Assembly (NCBI GenBank): GCA_049647505.1
Contig: JBARXU010000013.1
Coordinates: forward strand, 92,091-156,090
Reading direction: 5' to 3'
Source of the DNA: Mesorhizobium sp.
GTDB taxonomy: Bacteria; Pseudomonadota; Alphaproteobacteria; Rhizobiales; Rhizobiaceae
Length of the DNA: 64,000 nucleotides
Each line of letters starts with the position of its first letter. Within the stretch, counting starts at the first letter, position 1. The position numbers were made by a program, and so were the translations under genes. The notes beneath the pieces are model-generated. The model had not been told where the DNA came from. It ran no database searches and was given only the letters and a program-made list of their open reading frames with translations. Positions 36,701 through 45,403 of the stretch are shown one piece after another.

Positions 36701-36831
36701 ACGGTCTCCTCGACTTCCGGATATTCACGCACCGTCAGGTTGAACATGCCCTGGAAACCCAGGAGCAGGATCATGATGGCGACGACGGTCGTCAGGACCG
36801 GCCGCCGGATGAAAATGTCTGAAAAGCTCAT
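33748..36831 (-). CDS. efflux RND transporter permease (AcrB/HAE1-like), second copy
   Basis: 1027 aa. MSFSDIFIRRPVLTTVVAIMILLLG, VVDDAIVVVENIHRH and LIGLITKHGILLVEFAN. Confidence 0.9.
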   Translation of the reverse strand: MSFSDIFIRRPVLTTVVAIMILLLGFQGMFNLTVREYPEVEETVVTITTLYPGASPELIQGFITAPIAGAVSTTENIDYVTSQSRPSASVVTVQMQLGADPDVALTEVMSKVQQVRSQLPGDAEDPTIVKGTGQQFAIMYLALQNPNMTAEQLTEYIERVIRPRMSTIQGVAEVQVLGAAEYSMRVWIDPVKLASRKMTAAEVLAAINSSNFLAAPGKTQDNSVSYSITMRSTLQTPEAFAAIPLKADQNGIVRLSDVARVELAAKSTDTVVNFNGERGTFVGIFPTPSANPLDTASAVIDELPSIQSSLPDGMSMRLVYNATETISSSIEEVFVTIAEAVAIVIVVIILFLGSFRSVAMPVVTIPLSLIGVCFMLFLAGYSINLLSLLAMVLAIGLVVDDAIVVVENIHRHIEEGMSPMDAAFKGMSEITTAVVAMTITLAAVFAPLAFTGGLTGSLFREFALTLAGAVVISGFVALTITPMMAARLLKAGNHSRFQQIVDRTFDRVAGGYERLVRGSLRFRPVTLLIVAVLVGVTGFMFTKTSSELAPEEDAGALFALVTGPRYATSDYTSLYMDQIREVTKDLEELDITFSIVGLGSETNSGFSVWVFKDWSARKRSQKELQTDIQARLGKIAGVQALVFAPPSLPGAGGGLPISMVVQSTGDPSQVFEVADRIRQEAQASGRFIIVQSSLAFDAPQVTISIDRDRAAALGLPIRDIGTTLGLLVGGGAIAQFDRDSNSYDIIMQVPEEYRSNPQKLGEFFVRSASGEMVPLSAVIDITTNSSPASIEQFNQLNASTISALPLPGVTTGDGLATIENIARPILPAGFFIDYSGQSRLEKQQGNTIAIAFGLAVIVIYLVLAAQFESFRDPLIVLMSVPLSIFGAILPLNLGLGTLNIYTQVGLITLIGLITKHGILLVEFANQQREQHGLNVVDAIVASAKVRLRPILMTTAAMALGVVPLITAQGAGAAARYSMGLVIFTGILIGTMFTLFVVPMFYTYLSSKHVAKHADENETPAGQVAEQH

Positions 36832-38009
36832 TGGTCGGCCTTTGCAGCCTGATCGGGTGTAACCGAATTGTCGACGACGACTGGCGAGCCGTTCGACAGG
36901 CGGTTCTGCCCCGCCGTCACGATCTCGTCTCCAGCCTTGAGGTTGCCTAGGATTTCCACCTGACCAGCATTGCGGCGACCGGCCTTGACGAAGACTTGGG
37001 CAACGGCAAGCTGCGGCGTATCAGGCTTGGCAGCACTGTCTCCCGCGGCCGGCGTTGCCGGGGCAGCTGGCGCCGCGCCTGCGGCAGCCGGTTTCGGTTC
37101 CGCCGGACGAACGACGAAGACGAAGTCGCCGTAGAGGCTCGTCACGAGCGCCGTGTCGGGGATCGCGATGACATCGCTCTCCGTCGGCAGTTCGACACGC
37201 GTCTGGACGAACTGGCCGGGGCTGAGCTTCCCGTCGGGATTGGTGATGACGGCACGGACCGACACCAGTCGGCTCTGCGGATCGACCTTGGGGTCGATGC
37301 CGGAGATAGACCCGGTGAACGGCATGTCGTCGCCGGTCAGGCCGAACACCACCGGCTGGCCGAGCTTCAACGAGGAAAGCTGCTGCTCGGGAACCGAGAA
37401 ATCGGCGCGCATCGTCGTCAGGTCCTGCAATGTCGCGACAACGGTGCCCGGCTGGATGAACTGTCCGAGCTCGACGCGCGGAATGCCGATCACGCCGCCG
37501 AAGGGAGCCTTCAGGATCTTCTGGTCGACCACGGCCTGGGCCTTGGTAACGGAAGTTGCCGACGTCTGGGCGGCAGCCCGCGCTGCATCCAGAGCGACCG
37601 CCGAGCCGACGCCGCGTCGCTGAAGTTCCAGCGCGCGGTCGAGCGACTGCTGGTCGAGCGCCGCCTGCGTCTTGGCCGATGCGAGATCAGCCTGCTGAAC
37701 GGCGTCGTCGAGCTGCAACAGGACATCGTCCTTCGCCACCTTGGCATTTGCCTCGAAAGGACGATCCTTGACGATGCCCGTCGTTTCGACCGTCAGGTCG
37801 ACGCCCTGTGCCGCGCTGACCGTGCCGATCGCCTCGATACCCGGCTTCCAGGTGATCGGTTCGACCTTCGTGGTCGAGACTGTAAAGGGTTGAACCGGCA
37901 TATTCGCGAAGAACTGCTCGATGGCATTATCGCGGAAAATGTTGAAACCGATGATGCCGCCGCCAACGATGACGAGCGCCACGATGGCGATGATGAAGCG
38001 TAGAAACAC
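36828..38009 (-). CDS. efflux RND transporter periplasmic adaptor (MFP)
   Basis: TM anchor FLRFIIAIVALVIVGGGIIGF, coiled-coil and beta-barrel regions, and a 4-nt overlap with the RND gene. I place the start at GTG 38009. The track ORF start (38177) adds about 55 residues of non-membrane-like sequence. Confidence 0.8.
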   Translation of the reverse strand: MFLRFIIAIVALVIVGGGIIGFNIFRDNAIEQFFANMPVQPFTVSTTKVEPITWKPGIEAIGTVSAAQGVDLTVETTGIVKDRPFEANAKVAKDDVLLQLDDAVQQADLASAKTQAALDQQSLDRALELQRRGVGSAVALDAARAAAQTSATSVTKAQAVVDQKILKAPFGGVIGIPRVELGQFIQPGTVVATLQDLTTMRADFSVPEQQLSSLKLGQPVVFGLTGDDMPFTGSISGIDPKVDPQSRLVSVRAVITNPDGKLSPGQFVQTRVELPTESDVIAIPDTALVTSLYGDFVFVVRPAEPKPAAAGAAPAAPATPAAGDSAAKPDTPQLAVAQVFVKAGRRNAGQVEILGNLKAGDEIVTAGQNRLSNGSPVVVDNSVTPDQAAKADQ

Positions 38010-38243
38010 GGTGCCCCCGATCGAACAGGAGCGCGGGCCGGCAAGCCGGCGCTCTAAAAATGTAGTGCAGATATATTGTCGCTGCCGAATTCGGCAAGGA
38101 CCGGAGCGCAACGTCTCCTGACAAAAGACTGCAAAAAGGCTGCTCGGCGTCCGGGATTTTGGCCCGACTTCGTGCATACGGCCCCGAAGTTCACCATTCT
38201 GAATTGATCAGTGACGCGATTGTGACCGCTTCGAGAAACGAAA

Positions 38244-38270
38244 ACGGCGCCGGACAAGCTCCAGCGCCGT
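38244..38270 (-). terminator. probable rho-independent terminator downstream of pntB
   Basis: ACGGCGCCGGA-caagc-TCCAGCGCCGT (11-bp stem, 1 mismatch). On the minus strand it is followed by TTTTCGTTTC. Confidence 0.45.
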
Positions 38271-38303
38271 CGAATTTTGTGTCGTCGACGTCAGCAGATC
38301 AGA

Positions 38304-39731
38304 TCAATGATCCATGGCCTTGACGATTTCCTCGGTCATTTTCTTTGCATCTCCGAGGAGCATCATGGTTCCGTCCTTGTAGAACAGGGTGTTGTCGATC
38401 CCGGCATATCCGGAGCCGAGCGAGCGCTTGACGAAGAGGCAGGTGCGGGCCTTGTCGACGTCGAGGATCGGCATGCCGTAGATCGGCGAGGTCTTGTCGT
38501 CGCGCGCCGACGGGTTGGTGACGTCGTTTGCGCCGATGACATAGGCGACGTCGGCCTGCGCGAACTCGCTATTGATGTCCTCGAGCTCGAACACCTCGTC
38601 ATAAGGCACGTTTGCCTCGGCCAGCAGCACGTTCATGTGGCCGGGCATGCGGCCCGCGACCGGATGGATCGCATACTTCACCTCGACGCCATTGGCCTTG
38701 AGCTTGTCGGCCATTTCGCGAAGCGCGTGCTGCGCCTGGGCGACCGCCATGCCGTAGCCCGGCACGATGATCACCTTCTGCGCGTTCATCATCAGGTAGG
38801 CCGCGTCGTCGGCGGCACCGGTCTTGACCGTGCGCTGCACGCCGTCATCGCCGCCGGCAGCCGCCGTCTCGCCGCCGAAGCCGCCGAGAATGACCGAGAT
38901 GAAGGAGCGGTTCATGCCCTTGCACATGATGTAGGACAGGATCGCGCCCGACGAACCGACGAGAGCACCCGTGATGATCAGCGCCAGATTGCCGAGCGTG
39001 AAGCCCAGCGCCGCCGCCGCCCAGCCCGAATAGGAGTTGAGCATGGAGACGACGACCGGCATGTCGGCGCCGCCGATCGGAATGATGAGCAGGACGCCCA
39101 GCGCCAGCGACAGAGCGACGATCGCCCAGAAGTCGAAGCTGCTTCCCGACACGACGAGGCCGTAGAGGAAGAACACGATCAGCAGCGCGATGGCGATGTT
39201 GATGTAGTGGCGCATCGGCAGCATGATCGGCTTGCCCGACATGCGGCCATCGAGCTTCAGGAATGCGATGACCGAACCGGTGAAGGTGATCGCGCCGATC
39301 GCAATGCCGAGCGCCATTTCGATGAGCGCCTGGGCGTGGATGTCGCGAACGACCGTACCATCGGCTGCCACGGAAGACGAACCGATGCCGAAGCTCTCGG
39401 GCGCATAGAAGGCGGCGGCCGCAACCATGACGGCTGCAAGGCCGACCAGCGAGTGGAACGCGGCGACGAGCTGCGGCATCGAGGTCATGGCGATGCTGCG
39501 GGCGGTATACGCACCGACACCACCACCGATGGCAAGGCCGAGCACGATCAGGCCAAGCCCGCTCATCGACGGAGTTGCCAGCGCCAGCGTGGTGAGGATC
39601 GCGATCCCCATGCCGATCATGCCGTAGAGATTGCCCTGACGGCTGGTGGTCGGGTGCGACAGGCCCCTGAGCGCCAGAATGAACAGGATGCCGGAGACGA
39701 GATAGAGGAATGAGGCGATGTTGGCGGACAT
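38304..39731 (-). CDS. pntB: NAD(P) transhydrogenase subunit beta
   Basis: 475 aa with a membrane domain, then the dIII NADP(H) domain with VIIVPGYGMAVAQAQH and GANDVTNP motifs. Confidence 0.9.
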   Translation of the reverse strand: MSANIASFLYLVSGILFILALRGLSHPTTSRQGNLYGMIGMGIAILTTLALATPSMSGLGLIVLGLAIGGGVGAYTARSIAMTSMPQLVAAFHSLVGLAAVMVAAAAFYAPESFGIGSSSVAADGTVVRDIHAQALIEMALGIAIGAITFTGSVIAFLKLDGRMSGKPIMLPMRHYINIAIALLIVFFLYGLVVSGSSFDFWAIVALSLALGVLLIIPIGGADMPVVVSMLNSYSGWAAAALGFTLGNLALIITGALVGSSGAILSYIMCKGMNRSFISVILGGFGGETAAAGGDDGVQRTVKTGAADDAAYLMMNAQKVIIVPGYGMAVAQAQHALREMADKLKANGVEVKYAIHPVAGRMPGHMNVLLAEANVPYDEVFELEDINSEFAQADVAYVIGANDVTNPSARDDKTSPIYGMPILDVDKARTCLFVKRSLGSGYAGIDNTLFYKDGTMMLLGDAKKMTEEIVKAMDH

Positions 39732-39736
39732 GGGCC

Positions 39737-40156
39737 TTACTTCTCTTTCTTCTTGTACATCGCCAGCATGCGCTGGGTGACGAGGAACCCGCCGAAGATG
39801 TTGACGGCGGCAAGCACGAGCGCGACGAAGCCGAAGCCGGTGGCAAGGCCCGAGGCGGAGATGCCGACGGCAAGCAATGCGCCGACGACGATGACGGACG
39901 AGATGGCGTTGGTGACGGCCATCAAGGGCGTATGAAGTGCCGGCGTCACCGACCAGACGACGTAGTAGCCGACGAAGATCGCCAGCACGAAGATCGCGAG
40001 GCGGAAGACGAACGGATCGATCGCCCCGCCGGTCGCGCCATGGGCGACAGCGGAAGCCGCATCGGCCAGCTGCTGGTCGGCAAGCGACATGCGCACGGCA
40101 TCGACAGCTTTATCAAGCTGGTCGAGCGCGGTTTCGAGACCGGATTTTTCCATCAC
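39737..40156 (-). CDS. pntAB: NAD(P) transhydrogenase subunit alpha part 2 (membrane part)
   Basis: 139 aa. Three or four TM helices follow a short soluble leader. It sits between pntAA and pntB and overlaps pntAA by 4 nt. Confidence 0.85.
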   Translation of the reverse strand: MMEKSGLETALDQLDKAVDAVRMSLADQQLADAASAVAHGATGGAIDPFVFRLAIFVLAIFVGYYVVWSVTPALHTPLMAVTNAISSVIVVGALLAVGISASGLATGFGFVALVLAAVNIFGGFLVTQRMLAMYKKKEK

Positions 40157-41442
40157 GCATCCCCCTTCTTCTTGGATGCCGCCTTGGGTGGCAACTCGCT
40201 CTTCTCGACATGCCTGGCCGGGCCATCCGAAGCCGCCTTGCCGGCGCCCTTCCTGGTCACGGTTTTGGGCTTGATCGTCGACGGCTCGACATGTTTGGCA
40301 GGCTCGCCACCCTTGCCGACAAAGGCCGGATGAACGACCTCGCCGCCATGGGTCAGCATGGTTGCCTTCTGCAGCTCATCGTCCGGATTGATCCTGATCG
40401 CCCTGGTCTCCTTGTCGACCAGCGTCTCAAGGAAGGCGAACAGGTTCTTGGCGTAGAGCAGCGAGGCCGATGCCGCGACGCGGCCCGGCACGTTGAGGTG
40501 GCCGACGATCTTCACACCATTGGCGGTCGTCACGATCTTGCCGGCCTGCGCACCCTCGACATTGCCGCCGCGCTCGACCGCCAGATCGATCAGCACCGAA
40601 CCCGGCTTCATCGAGGCGACCATCTCCTTTGTCACCAGCTTCGGCGCCGGGCGGCCCGGAATGAGCGCCGTGGTGATGACGATGTCCTGCTTGGCGATGT
40701 GCTCGGCGGTGAGCGCCGCCTGCTTCGCCTGATAGTCCTTCGACATTTCCTTGGCGTAGCCGCCGGCCGTCTCGGCCTGCTTGAACTCGTCGTCCTCGAC
40801 CGCGATGAACTTCGCGCCGAGCGAGGCGACCTGTTCCTTCACCGCCGGACGAACGTCGGTTGCCGTCACCACGCCGCCAAGCCGGCGCGCCGTTGCAATC
40901 GCCTGAAGACCGGCAACGCCCACACCCATGACGAAGATCTTCGCAGCCGGCACCGTGCCCGCCGCCGTCATCATCATCGGCAGAGCGCGGTCATATTCAG
41001 CAGCGCCGTCGATCACCGCCTGATAGCCCGCAAGGTTCGCCTGCGAGGACAGCACGTCCATCACCTGCGCACGCGTGATACGCGGCATGAATTCCATCGT
41101 GAACGCGGTCAGCCCGGCCTTGGCCATCGCCTGCACCGCGCTCTCATTGCCATAAGGGTCCATCATCGCGATGACGACCGCACCGGACTTGTAGCCCTTC
41201 AGCTCCGCAGGACGGCGCACGCGCAGCACGACATCGGCCTTCGCCGCATCACCGGCTTTGCCGATCACAGCACCCGCCCTGGCAAACTCGGCATCGGGAA
41301 TGCGCGACTGCAGGCCAGCGCCTGCCTCCACGACAACCTCGAACCCAAGCGCCGAAATGCGCTTCACCGTATCGGGCGACGCACCAACACGCGGCTCTCC
41401 CGACAACCCCTCATTCGGGACAAATACTGTCTGATGGCTCAC
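40153..41442 (-). CDS. pntAA: NAD(P) transhydrogenase subunit alpha part 1 (dI, NAD(H)-binding) with a Lys/Pro-rich C-terminal extension
   Basis: 429 aa with an alanine-dehydrogenase/PNT fold (SQANLAGYQAVIDGA, VMGVGVAGLQAIATARRLGG). The last ~50 aa are low-complexity: GKGGEPAKHVEPSTIKPKTVTRKGAGKAASDGPARHVEKSELPPKAASKKKGDA. Confidence 0.9.
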   Translation of the reverse strand: MSHQTVFVPNEGLSGEPRVGASPDTVKRISALGFEVVVEAGAGLQSRIPDAEFARAGAVIGKAGDAAKADVVLRVRRPAELKGYKSGAVVIAMMDPYGNESAVQAMAKAGLTAFTMEFMPRITRAQVMDVLSSQANLAGYQAVIDGAAEYDRALPMMMTAAGTVPAAKIFVMGVGVAGLQAIATARRLGGVVTATDVRPAVKEQVASLGAKFIAVEDDEFKQAETAGGYAKEMSKDYQAKQAALTAEHIAKQDIVITTALIPGRPAPKLVTKEMVASMKPGSVLIDLAVERGGNVEGAQAGKIVTTANGVKIVGHLNVPGRVAASASLLYAKNLFAFLETLVDKETRAIRINPDDELQKATMLTHGGEVVHPAFVGKGGEPAKHVEPSTIKPKTVTRKGAGKAASDGPARHVEKSELPPKAASKKKGDA

Positions 41443-41521
41443 GCCGCGCCTCCAAAAAACAGGCCGACGACGCGGCCATCTGTTTCGACAAAGATACGGG
41501 GGCCTCGCCCCCGTCGAAACG

Positions 41522-41749
41522 TCACCGCAGCAGGTAAGCGCCCACCGCGTTGAGCAGGGCGAACAGGATCAGGGACGAGAAGAAGCCAAAACCCCAGAAA
41601 AAATGAGCGACCATCGCGATCAGGATGGCGATGCAGATAAGGCTCCCGTACTTCACCACATGCAGGAAGACGTTGTAGGTCTTCTCATGCTCGGGATAGT
41701 CCATCTCTCCCCCGACTTCTACCGGACCGGTCGGCGCATGATCAGCCAT
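41522..41749 (-). CDS. aa3-type cytochrome c oxidase subunit IV family small membrane protein
   Basis: 75 aa. MDYPEHEKTYNVFLHVVKYGSLICIAILIAMV matches my memory of the bacterial COX subunit IV (COX4_pro_2) pattern. It has a single TM and lies just upstream of pntAA. Confidence 0.65.
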   Translation of the reverse strand: MADHAPTGPVEVGGEMDYPEHEKTYNVFLHVVKYGSLICIAILIAMVAHFFWGFGFFSSLILFALLNAVGAYLLR

Positions 41750-41946
41750 CGCATTTCCCCTTTAGACGAACCTGCGTCGCACATAGCGAAAAGGTGAATG
41801 GAGGGCAATGGCGCGTTTGACGCAGACAGGCTCGCATAGTCGCAAATCGACTATGCGATACCTCGCGGGAGTGCTTTGCGGCATCCATCAGGACGCAAGC
41901 GGCGACACCGGGGGCGCAGGCCAAGCGGGTGCCAGGCAGTGTACGG

Positions 41947-42780
41947 TCAGGAGAGCCAGCGTTTGCGCCTCTTATATTGCTTCACATCCTTGAACGACCG
42001 CCGCCCCTCGCCGCCGACGCCCAGGTAGAACTCCTTGACGTCCTCGTTCTCACGAAGCGCCGAAGCTTCGCCGTCGAGCACGATACGTCCGGATTCGAGG
42101 ATGTAGCCATATTTCGCATAGCGCAGCGCGGTGTTGGTGTTCTGCTCTGCCAGCAGGAACGACACGCCCTGCTCCTCGTTCAGCTTCTTCACGATCTCGA
42201 AGATTTCCTCGACCAGTTGTGGCGCAAGCCCCATGGACGGTTCGTCGAGCAGGATCATTTTCGGTCGGCTCATCAGCGCGCGGCCAATCGCCGTCATCTG
42301 CTGCTCGCCGCCCGATGTGTAGCCAGCCTGGCTGGAGCGCCTGACTTTGAGGCGGGGGAAATACTGGTAGACCATTTCGAGGTCGTGCTTGACCGCTGCG
42401 CTGCCATCGTGCCGCGTAAATGCCCCGGTCATGAGATTGTCCTCGACCGAGAGGTGGCCGAAGCAGTGACGCCCCTCCATCACCTGTATGCATCCGCGCC
42501 TGACAAGATCGTTGGGTGAAAGCGACTGCACCTCCTTGCCCTCGAACAGGATGTTGCCCTTGGTCACCGCGCCGCGTTCGGCGTGGAGCAGGTTGGAAAT
42601 CGCCTTGAGCGTCGTCGTCTTGCCCGCGCCATTGGCCCCGAGCAGCGCCGTGATGCCGCCTTGCGGAACCGTCAGCGACACGCCCTTGAGAACGAGGATC
42701 ACGTGATCGTAGATCACCTCGATATTGTTCACCGACAGGATCGGCTCGGCAGCGGCAGGCTGGGCGGCGGTCTGGGACAT
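41947..42780 (-). CDS. ABC transporter ATP-binding protein (LivF-like) with basic C-terminal tail
   Basis: Walker A GANGAGKTT, signature TSGGEQQMT and Walker B MILLDEPS. The start is trimmed to ATG 42780 (MSQTAAQP...). It ends with ...YLGVGGEGRRSFKDVKQYKRRKRWLS. Confidence 0.85.
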   Translation of the reverse strand: MSQTAAQPAAAEPILSVNNIEVIYDHVILVLKGVSLTVPQGGITALLGANGAGKTTTLKAISNLLHAERGAVTKGNILFEGKEVQSLSPNDLVRRGCIQVMEGRHCFGHLSVEDNLMTGAFTRHDGSAAVKHDLEMVYQYFPRLKVRRSSQAGYTSGGEQQMTAIGRALMSRPKMILLDEPSMGLAPQLVEEIFEIVKKLNEEQGVSFLLAEQNTNTALRYAKYGYILESGRIVLDGEASALRENEDVKEFYLGVGGEGRRSFKDVKQYKRRKRWLS

Positions 42781-42919
42781 GGTGGCTCCTGAACTCCCTA
42801 CCACGGAAGGAAGGGGCCGGGCGCAGCGAGGCCAATGGAGAAATCGCCGCCGTGCCCGACTTTCGTTTTGGATACCGGGCGCGCCGTCACCGACGCGCCC
42901 GATCGCTTCGCACTCGCCT

Positions 42920-44221
42920 TTATTGGCAGGTCTGCGTCGCCCAGGGCTGGTTGGCGTCGGCATATTCCTTCGCCTTTGCCATCGCCAGCGCGTCGATCGA
43001 CGGACGGTCGGCCTGATAGATCGTGTCGCTCGCCTTCACGAACTTGGCTCCGTCCCATTCGACGATCCAGCCGCCGCCATGCCCGGTGTGGTTGGCGCAG
43101 CTCGTCGAGAACGGAACCACCATGCCGTCGAGGCCAAGCTCGGCGATGCGCTCGGGCGTGAACTTGACGTTCTCCATGCCCCAGCGGAACTGATCGGCAT
43201 CGATGACCTTCGTGTTGAAGTGGCCCTGCGCGACCGAAACCGCCTCCGCCATGATCGCCGAGAGCACGATACCGCGCTGATAGAACACACTGTCAAACTC
43301 GCCGCCGGCCTGGTCGATCTTCGACTTGCCCGCATCGACGATCAGCTTCTTGACGTCCTGCATCACCTTGGATTCAGAGTTCGGGAAGCTGAAGGAGACG
43401 GAGCGGTATCCCTTGCCCTTTTCGCCGACCAGCTTCAGGTCCGCGTCATGGCCCGACCACCAGATGCCGAGGAACTGGTTCATCGGATAGCCGGTCTTCG
43501 CCGCTTCCGTCAGCGCGCCGCCATTCATCGCGCCCCAGCCCCACATCAAGACGAAGTCCGGCTTTTCGCGGCGGATCTGCAGCCACTGCGCCGACTGATT
43601 CTGCATTTCCTTCAGGCCGACCGGGATCGGCAGCAGGGTGAAGCCATAGGTCTTGGCATAGTCTTCCAGCAGCGGGATCGGCTCCTTGCCGAACGGGTGA
43701 TCGAGGTGGATCAGCGCGATCTTCTTGCCCTTGAGAGAGGCCATGTCGCCGCCCGATGCCGCCTGCAGCAGGATCGACGCGCCATCCCAGTAGGATGACG
43801 GCGGGTTGAAGGCCCAGGGGAACGTCGTGCCGTCCTGCATGGCCGAGAAGCCGTAGCCCGCGGCATAGATGGTGCGCTTGTCGACCGACGCCTTCGGCAG
43901 CACCTGAAGCGTGATGCCGGTCGACCAGGGCTGCGTCACGACAGCGGTGCCCTTCGTCTTCTCATAGCACTCGACGCCCTTTTCGGTGTTGTAGCCCGTC
44001 TCGCATTCCTCGCCGTTCAGCTTGACGCCGTTCAGGCCGCCATCGCGCTCGTTCAGCATGTTGAGATAGTCGAGCTGGCCGTTGGCGAGCGGAATGCCGC
44101 TCGTGGCGAACGGACCCGTGCGATAGGACAGGTTCGGCAGGTTGATCACGTCCTGCGCCAGCGCCGGAGCGGCGAACGCAACGGTCGTCGCGAGCAAGAC
44201 TGTTTTCAGCATTGTCTTCAT
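42920..44221 (-). CDS. ABC transporter substrate-binding protein (Liv-type, Peripla_BP_6-like)
   Basis: Signal peptide MKTMLKTVLLATTVAFAAPALAQ, about 433 aa. Start trimmed to ATG 44221. Confidence 0.8.
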   Translation of the reverse strand: MKTMLKTVLLATTVAFAAPALAQDVINLPNLSYRTGPFATSGIPLANGQLDYLNMLNERDGGLNGVKLNGEECETGYNTEKGVECYEKTKGTAVVTQPWSTGITLQVLPKASVDKRTIYAAGYGFSAMQDGTTFPWAFNPPSSYWDGASILLQAASGGDMASLKGKKIALIHLDHPFGKEPIPLLEDYAKTYGFTLLPIPVGLKEMQNQSAQWLQIRREKPDFVLMWGWGAMNGGALTEAAKTGYPMNQFLGIWWSGHDADLKLVGEKGKGYRSVSFSFPNSESKVMQDVKKLIVDAGKSKIDQAGGEFDSVFYQRGIVLSAIMAEAVSVAQGHFNTKVIDADQFRWGMENVKFTPERIAELGLDGMVVPFSTSCANHTGHGGGWIVEWDGAKFVKASDTIYQADRPSIDALAMAKAKEYADANQPWATQTCQ

Positions 44222-44308
44222 TTCACTTCCTCCACTTGTCCGTTTCTCCGATCGGATCGGGCGAACCAACCCCGTTTGTCGGCGGCCGTGCCGCCATTTC
44301 TCTCCCGC

Positions 44309-45397
44309 TCAGTGCGGGAATGGCCAGATGATGAGCTTCTCCCGGATCATCGCCCAGAAGCGGGCGAGACCATGCGGCTCGACGATAAGGAAAAAGATGA
44401 TCAGCGCGCCGATCAGCATGATGTTGACATGCTCCGCCGTCGCCGAGGTGATCGGGATGCCGAGCCCGCTCTGCAGATAGGGTATCAGGTAGCCGATGAT
44501 GACCGGCAGGGCGACGATGAGGATTGCACCCAGATAATTGCCGAGGATCGAGCCAAGCCCGCCGATGATGGCGATGAACAGCACGCGGAACGACAGGGGA
44601 ATGTCGAACAGGTTCGGTTCGGCGGCACCGCGCCAGAGGAACACGAACAGCGCACCCGCCACGCCCACGATATAGGACGAGACGAAAAAGGCCGACAGCT
44701 TGGCCTTCATCAGGTTGATGCCGACGAGTTCGGCGGCGATGTCCATGTCGCGCACCGATTTCCAGATGCGGCCGAGACGCCCGCGCGTGATGTTGATTGC
44801 GAAGATCGTCATGACGGCGACGATGACCAGCACGAAATAGTACTGCACCATCGAGTCGGCCGTCGGACCGGCAACCGTCACGCCGAACATCTGGATGTTC
44901 GGAACCTGAATCGCGCCCGACGCTGAGTAGTTGTAAAGCCACGCCCATTTCTCGAACAGCCAGACCAGGAAAAACTGCGCCGCAAGCGTCGCAATGGCGA
45001 GGTAGAACCCCTTGATGCGCAGCGAAGGAACGCCGAAGGCGACACCGACAGCCGCCGAGAAGAAACCCGACAGCGCGATTGCCACGATCAGATTCGTCTC
45101 GGGGAAGATCGTCAGGATCTTGTAGCAGGCATAGGCCCCGACCCCCATGAACGCGCCGGTGCCAAGCGAGAGTTGCCCCGCATAGCCCGTCAGGATGTTC
45201 AGGCCGAGTGCCGCCAGAGAATAGATCAGCACCGGAATGAGCAGCGCCTGGAAGACGAACTCATTTGCCGTGAAGGGCAGGATGACGAATGCGAAGAGCA
45301 GGATCACGCCGAGCAGGAACGCGTCCTGCCTGACGGGAAACAGCGCGAAATCGGCGGCGTAGCTGGTCTTGAACTGGCCTGCGGTACGATAAAGCAT
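44309..45397 (-). CDS. branched-chain-amino-acid-type ABC permease (LivM-like)
   Basis: 362-aa polytopic protein with GYAGQLSLGTGAFMGVGAY, the typical LivM motif. Confidence 0.85.
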   Translation of the reverse strand: MLYRTAGQFKTSYAADFALFPVRQDAFLLGVILLFAFVILPFTANEFVFQALLIPVLIYSLAALGLNILTGYAGQLSLGTGAFMGVGAYACYKILTIFPETNLIVAIALSGFFSAAVGVAFGVPSLRIKGFYLAIATLAAQFFLVWLFEKWAWLYNYSASGAIQVPNIQMFGVTVAGPTADSMVQYYFVLVIVAVMTIFAINITRGRLGRIWKSVRDMDIAAELVGINLMKAKLSAFFVSSYIVGVAGALFVFLWRGAAEPNLFDIPLSFRVLFIAIIGGLGSILGNYLGAILIVALPVIIGYLIPYLQSGLGIPITSATAEHVNIMLIGALIIFFLIVEPHGLARFWAMIREKLIIWPFPH

Positions 45398-45403
45398 GTC
45401 AGA

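Noticed and set aside
41833-41857. Perfect 10-bp-stem hairpin CGCATAGTCG-caaat-CGACTATGCG between the LivF-like gene and the cytochrome-oxidase-subunit-IV-like gene.
   Set aside because: There is no T-run on either strand, no second copy in the window and no motif I recognise. It is probably a weak terminator, RNA-stability element or operator. That is too little evidence for a finding, so I only record it here.
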